Source: Macrostomum hystrix
Taxonomy: Eukaryota; Animalia; Platyhelminthes
Direction of reading: 5' to 3'
NCBI GenBank assembly: GCA_950097015.1
Contig: CATNEN010000039.1
Coordinates: 11,780,001 to 11,844,000 of the forward strand
Length of the DNA stretch: 64,000 nucleotides
In this document: piece after piece, positions 60,340-64,000 of the stretch
Numbering within the stretch: position 1 is the stretch's first letter
Layout of the letters: each line of letters begins with the position of its first letter
Made by a program: the position numbers and the translations under genes
Notes under the pieces: model-generated
Database searches by the model: none
Told to the model about the DNA's origin: nothing
Seen by the model: only the letters and a program-made list of their open reading frames with translations

Positions 60340-60680
60340 ATAGGGTTAGAAAAAAGGTGAGAAGGGATAGGAGACGTGTGGCAAGGCGTAGAAGGGGGTA
60401 GATAAGCAGTGCGAGAAGTGGACGAAAAGGGATAAGAATGGGTAGAAATTAAAGGATAAGATGTAGATAAGAGGTAAGAAGGGCAAAAGAGTGTTGAGAA
60501 TGGGTAGAAAGGGGATAAGAAGGGGGTAGAAAATTGGGATAAAAAGGGGGTAGAAAAGGGATAAGAACGGGGTAGAAAAGGGATAAGAAGGGGTAGAAAA
60601 GGGATAAGAAGGACTACAGGTAAGTGGTAAACTGGTAAGTGGTAAACTGGTAAGTGGTTAAGAGGTAAAAGGTGAGTGGA
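60340..60680. repeat. Purine-rich degenerate repeat (gggataagaaggggtagaaaa; ggtaagtggtaaact)
   Basis: Visible tandem low-complexity units. Confidence 0.75.
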
Positions 60681-60970
60681 GCAAATATACTAATTAGGCA
60701 GACCAAAGTCATAGTGTAGTGTTCAGCTGCAAGCTATAATAGGCAAATGCAATTCTTTCAACCTAATTGGTCAGTGCATGCGTTAGCCAATCAGAACGTC
60801 CCAACAATCGTTAATCTAGCAGCTTTAAGTAGCAAATAAAAGCGAGCAAGCCTAAACTCGGACTCAAACTTCTGACCTCCCTGAATTCTTAACTAATTTA
60901 AATTCGCGCCGACCCAAGTCATAAATCTAAAGAGAAGCAGAGATTTCTGATCCCTAGACAAGCAAAAATA

Positions 60971-61072
60971 ATGTCAGAACAGGTTGGTGCAACAGCAACA
61001 TCAGCAACTGAATCTAGCACAATAGATTCCGGTTTCAATGCTACCATGAGATCGCGGATGACACCGGTACAG
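60971..61072 (+). CDS. Possible first coding exon of a gene continuing downstream
   Basis: aataATG start, 34 open codons (MSEQVGATATSATESSTIDSGFNATMRSRMTPVQ) ending at a consensus donor CAG|GTAAGT. CCAAT motifs at about 60766-60792. Confidence 0.45.
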
Positions 61073-61399
61073 GTAAGTTTGAGTTTACTCAGTCAGTAAG
61101 CTTGCACCGTGCCATCACTGACCCACTTGATTAGGCCAGATAATTACTTCTTATCGTCAGGAAATACTATAGTCACCTCTACTAAAATACTACTAATACC
61201 TCTACTACCTCATCTACTACTGAATACTAAAATACAAGTTAGAATTCAGACTTTTAAAGGGTTTTAGAAATTCAAGCAAATATTTTGCTTACTTCACCGC
61301 GACCAACTAACTCACCTTTTCCCACTCTTAGCCTTCGTTCATATCTTTTTATTTCCCAATTTAAACACTTTGCAATAGCCCTACCTAAAAATCTCCCAA

Positions 61400-63058
61400 A
61401 ATCCCTCTCTCCCAACTTCCCTCTAACCTAACTTCACTCTCAACTAACTTCCCTCTCACCTAACTTCACTCTCACCTTACTTCACTCTCACCATACTTCA
61501 CTCTCACCTAAAATCCCACTCTCCCAACATCCGACTCTCCCAACATCCCACTCTCCCAACATCCCACTCTCCCAACATCCCACTCTCCCAACATCCCACT
61601 CTCACAGCATCCCACTCTCCCAACATCCCGCTCTCCAAACACCTCACTCTCCCAACATCCCACTCTCCCAACATCCCACTCTCCAAACACCCCACTCTCC
61701 AAACACCCCACTCTCCAAACACCCCACTCTCCAAACACCCCACTCTCCAAACATCCCACTCTCCAAACATCCCACTCTCCCAACATTCCACTCTCCCAAC
61801 ATTCCACTCTCCAAACACCCCACTCTCCAAACACCCCACTCTCCCAAACACCCCACTCTCCCAACATCCCACTCTCCCAACATCCCACTCTCCAAACACC
61901 TCACTCTCCCAACATCCCACTCTCCCAACATCCCACTCTCCCAACATCCCACTCTCCAAACACCCCACTCTCCCAACATCCCACTCTCCCAACATCCCAC
62001 TCTCCCAACATTCCACTCTCCCAACATCCCACTCTCACAACATCCCACTCTCCCAACATTCCACTCTCCCAACATCCCACTCTCCCAACACCTCACCTTC
62101 CCAACATCCCACTCTCCAAACACCCCACTCTCCCAACATCCCACTCTCCCAACATCCCACTCTCCCAACATCCCACTCTCCCAACACCTCACTCTCCCAA
62201 CATCCCACTCTCCCAACATTCCACTCTCCAAACACCCCACTCTCCCAACATCCCACTCTCCCAACATTCCACTTTCCCAACATTCCACTCTCCCAACATC
62301 CCACTCTCCCAACATTCCACTCTCCCAACATTCCACTCTCCCAACATCCCACTCTCCCAACATCCCACTCTCCCAACATTCCACTCTCCCAACATCCCAC
62401 TCTCCCAACATCCCACTCTCCAAACACCCCACTCTCCCAACATCCCACTCTCCCAACATCCCACTCTCCCAACATTCCACTCTCCCAACATCCCACTCTC
62501 ACAACATCCCACTCTCCCAACATCCCACTCTCCCAACATCCCACTCTCTCAACACCCCACTCTCCCAACATCCCACTCTCCCAACATCCCACTCTCCCAA
62601 CATTCCACTTTCCCAACATTCCACTCTCCCAACATCCCACTCTCCCAACATTCCACTCTCCCAACATTCCACTCTCCCAACATTCCACTCTCCCAACATT
62701 CCACTCTCCCAACATCCCACTCTCCCAACATCCCACTCTCCCAACATTCCACTTTCCCAACATTCCACTCTCCCAACATCCCACTCTCCCAACATTCCAC
62801 TCTCCCAACATTCCACTCTCCCAACATTCCACTCTCCCAACATTCCACTCTCCCAACATTCCACTCTCCCAACATTCCACTCTCCCAACATTCCACTCTC
62901 CCAACATTCCACTCTCCCAACATTCCACTCTCCCAACATTCCACTCTCCCAACATTCCACTCTCCCAACATTCCACTCTCCCAACATTCCACTCTCCCAA
63001 CATTCCACTCTCCCAACATCCCACTCTCCCAACATCCCACTGTCCCAACACCCCACTC
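61400..63058. repeat. 16-bp minisatellite (ccactctcccaacatc)n, about 100 copies
   Basis: Long tandem array. The G-rich minus strand (GGGATGTTGGGAGAGT) has G-quadruplex potential. Confidence 0.95.
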
Positions 63059-64000
63059 TGATAAAATCCTTGTCTTCCAGCATCCAAATACCTCAGAATC
63101 CTGTGATGTAGCCGTACCATCCAGCTGTGTAGCCATTATAAATGTAGTCATTTCTATTTCGATAAATTCCTTGTCTCCAAGTGATAATGATAAATCCAAA
63201 TGATAGTGCACTAACGCGGGACCAGATCCCACCCTATTCAGTAGGCTTATTTCAATCTTAAATTATTGATTAATATTAAAAGGGCCGGCATGGGTTCTAA
63301 ACGACTCTAACTAAACGTGAGCTTTTAATATTTCAGCTGCGGGTGGAGTTAAGTTTTCCGGAAAATATAAGCTGAAATAACACCGGAGAGTAGTTTGGGA
63401 GTTTTTGGTCAGGTGCCCCACCCGGCGGCATATTTTGTAATCTGCCCAGTCATGTTAAACAAAAAATCGTCAAGAAATCGAAACCAAGGTAGAATTGGCG
63501 GCAGTTTCAGTCGGCAGACGACTAAACAGCTGCCTTTTAGAAGCGACGAGAAAAAGAATTGATAATAATAAAATTGTGCCACAATAGTGGCAAAGTTTAA
63601 CTTTGCCAATCCAATTTGAGAGCTGATTTAAAAGTACTCGCCGATTGATGATGATGGCTGTGTCAGTCCACAATAAGTAAATATATAATATTGAGTACAA
63701 TATATTATTATTTACAGACCAATCGGCGCCAAAACGCTTTCTATAAGCCTATCATCGTATAAAGGCCTGAGTCTGAGTCTGAATCTGACCCTGAGTCTGA
63801 ACTACAGTCGGTATCAAGCTGTTTGTCACGAATCCCTTCAGATATATACTTCCTCCGTCTATAAAGTCATCTCGAATACTGACTATTGCATCTCACTAAG
63901 TATGTTTAAAGTAGTTTTCTAATTTTCTCTAACTTTTTCTACTCTTCTCCTACTCGATTCTCACCCGCCATTTCTACCCCTCCTTCTCAACTCTCACGCA

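Noticed and set aside
61504-63232. Long minus-strand ORFs (WESGMLGEW...)
   Set aside because: Translations of a 16-bp minisatellite that cycles through all frames.

Overview
Eukaryotic (animal) genomic DNA with GT-AG introns, poly-Ala/poly-Gln coding tracts, tRNA-derived SINEs and a very high minisatellite load. This style suggests a free-living flatworm such as Macrostomum (inference only). Genes recognised by manual translation and exon joining: the 3' end of RasGRF, intronless ZC3H10, an intronless RIM-binding-protein-like gene (coiled coil-FN3-SH3), a small neuropeptide precursor, a 14-exon STRA6-like receptor, a two-RRM RBMS/alan-shepard gene, RNF7/RBX2 and DOLPP1. There are also an RGG plus zinc-finger gene, a few orphan ORFs, two SINE families, a decayed RTE-type LINE and a MITE. 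The most unusual signals are non-coding. Several minisatellites each amplify a known regulatory motif (Pol III B-box, CRE, E-boxes) upstream of the RBMS/shep gene. Mutually complementary repeat arrays flank its frame-shifting exon 3. Family assignments come from recalled sequence motifs, not from database searches.
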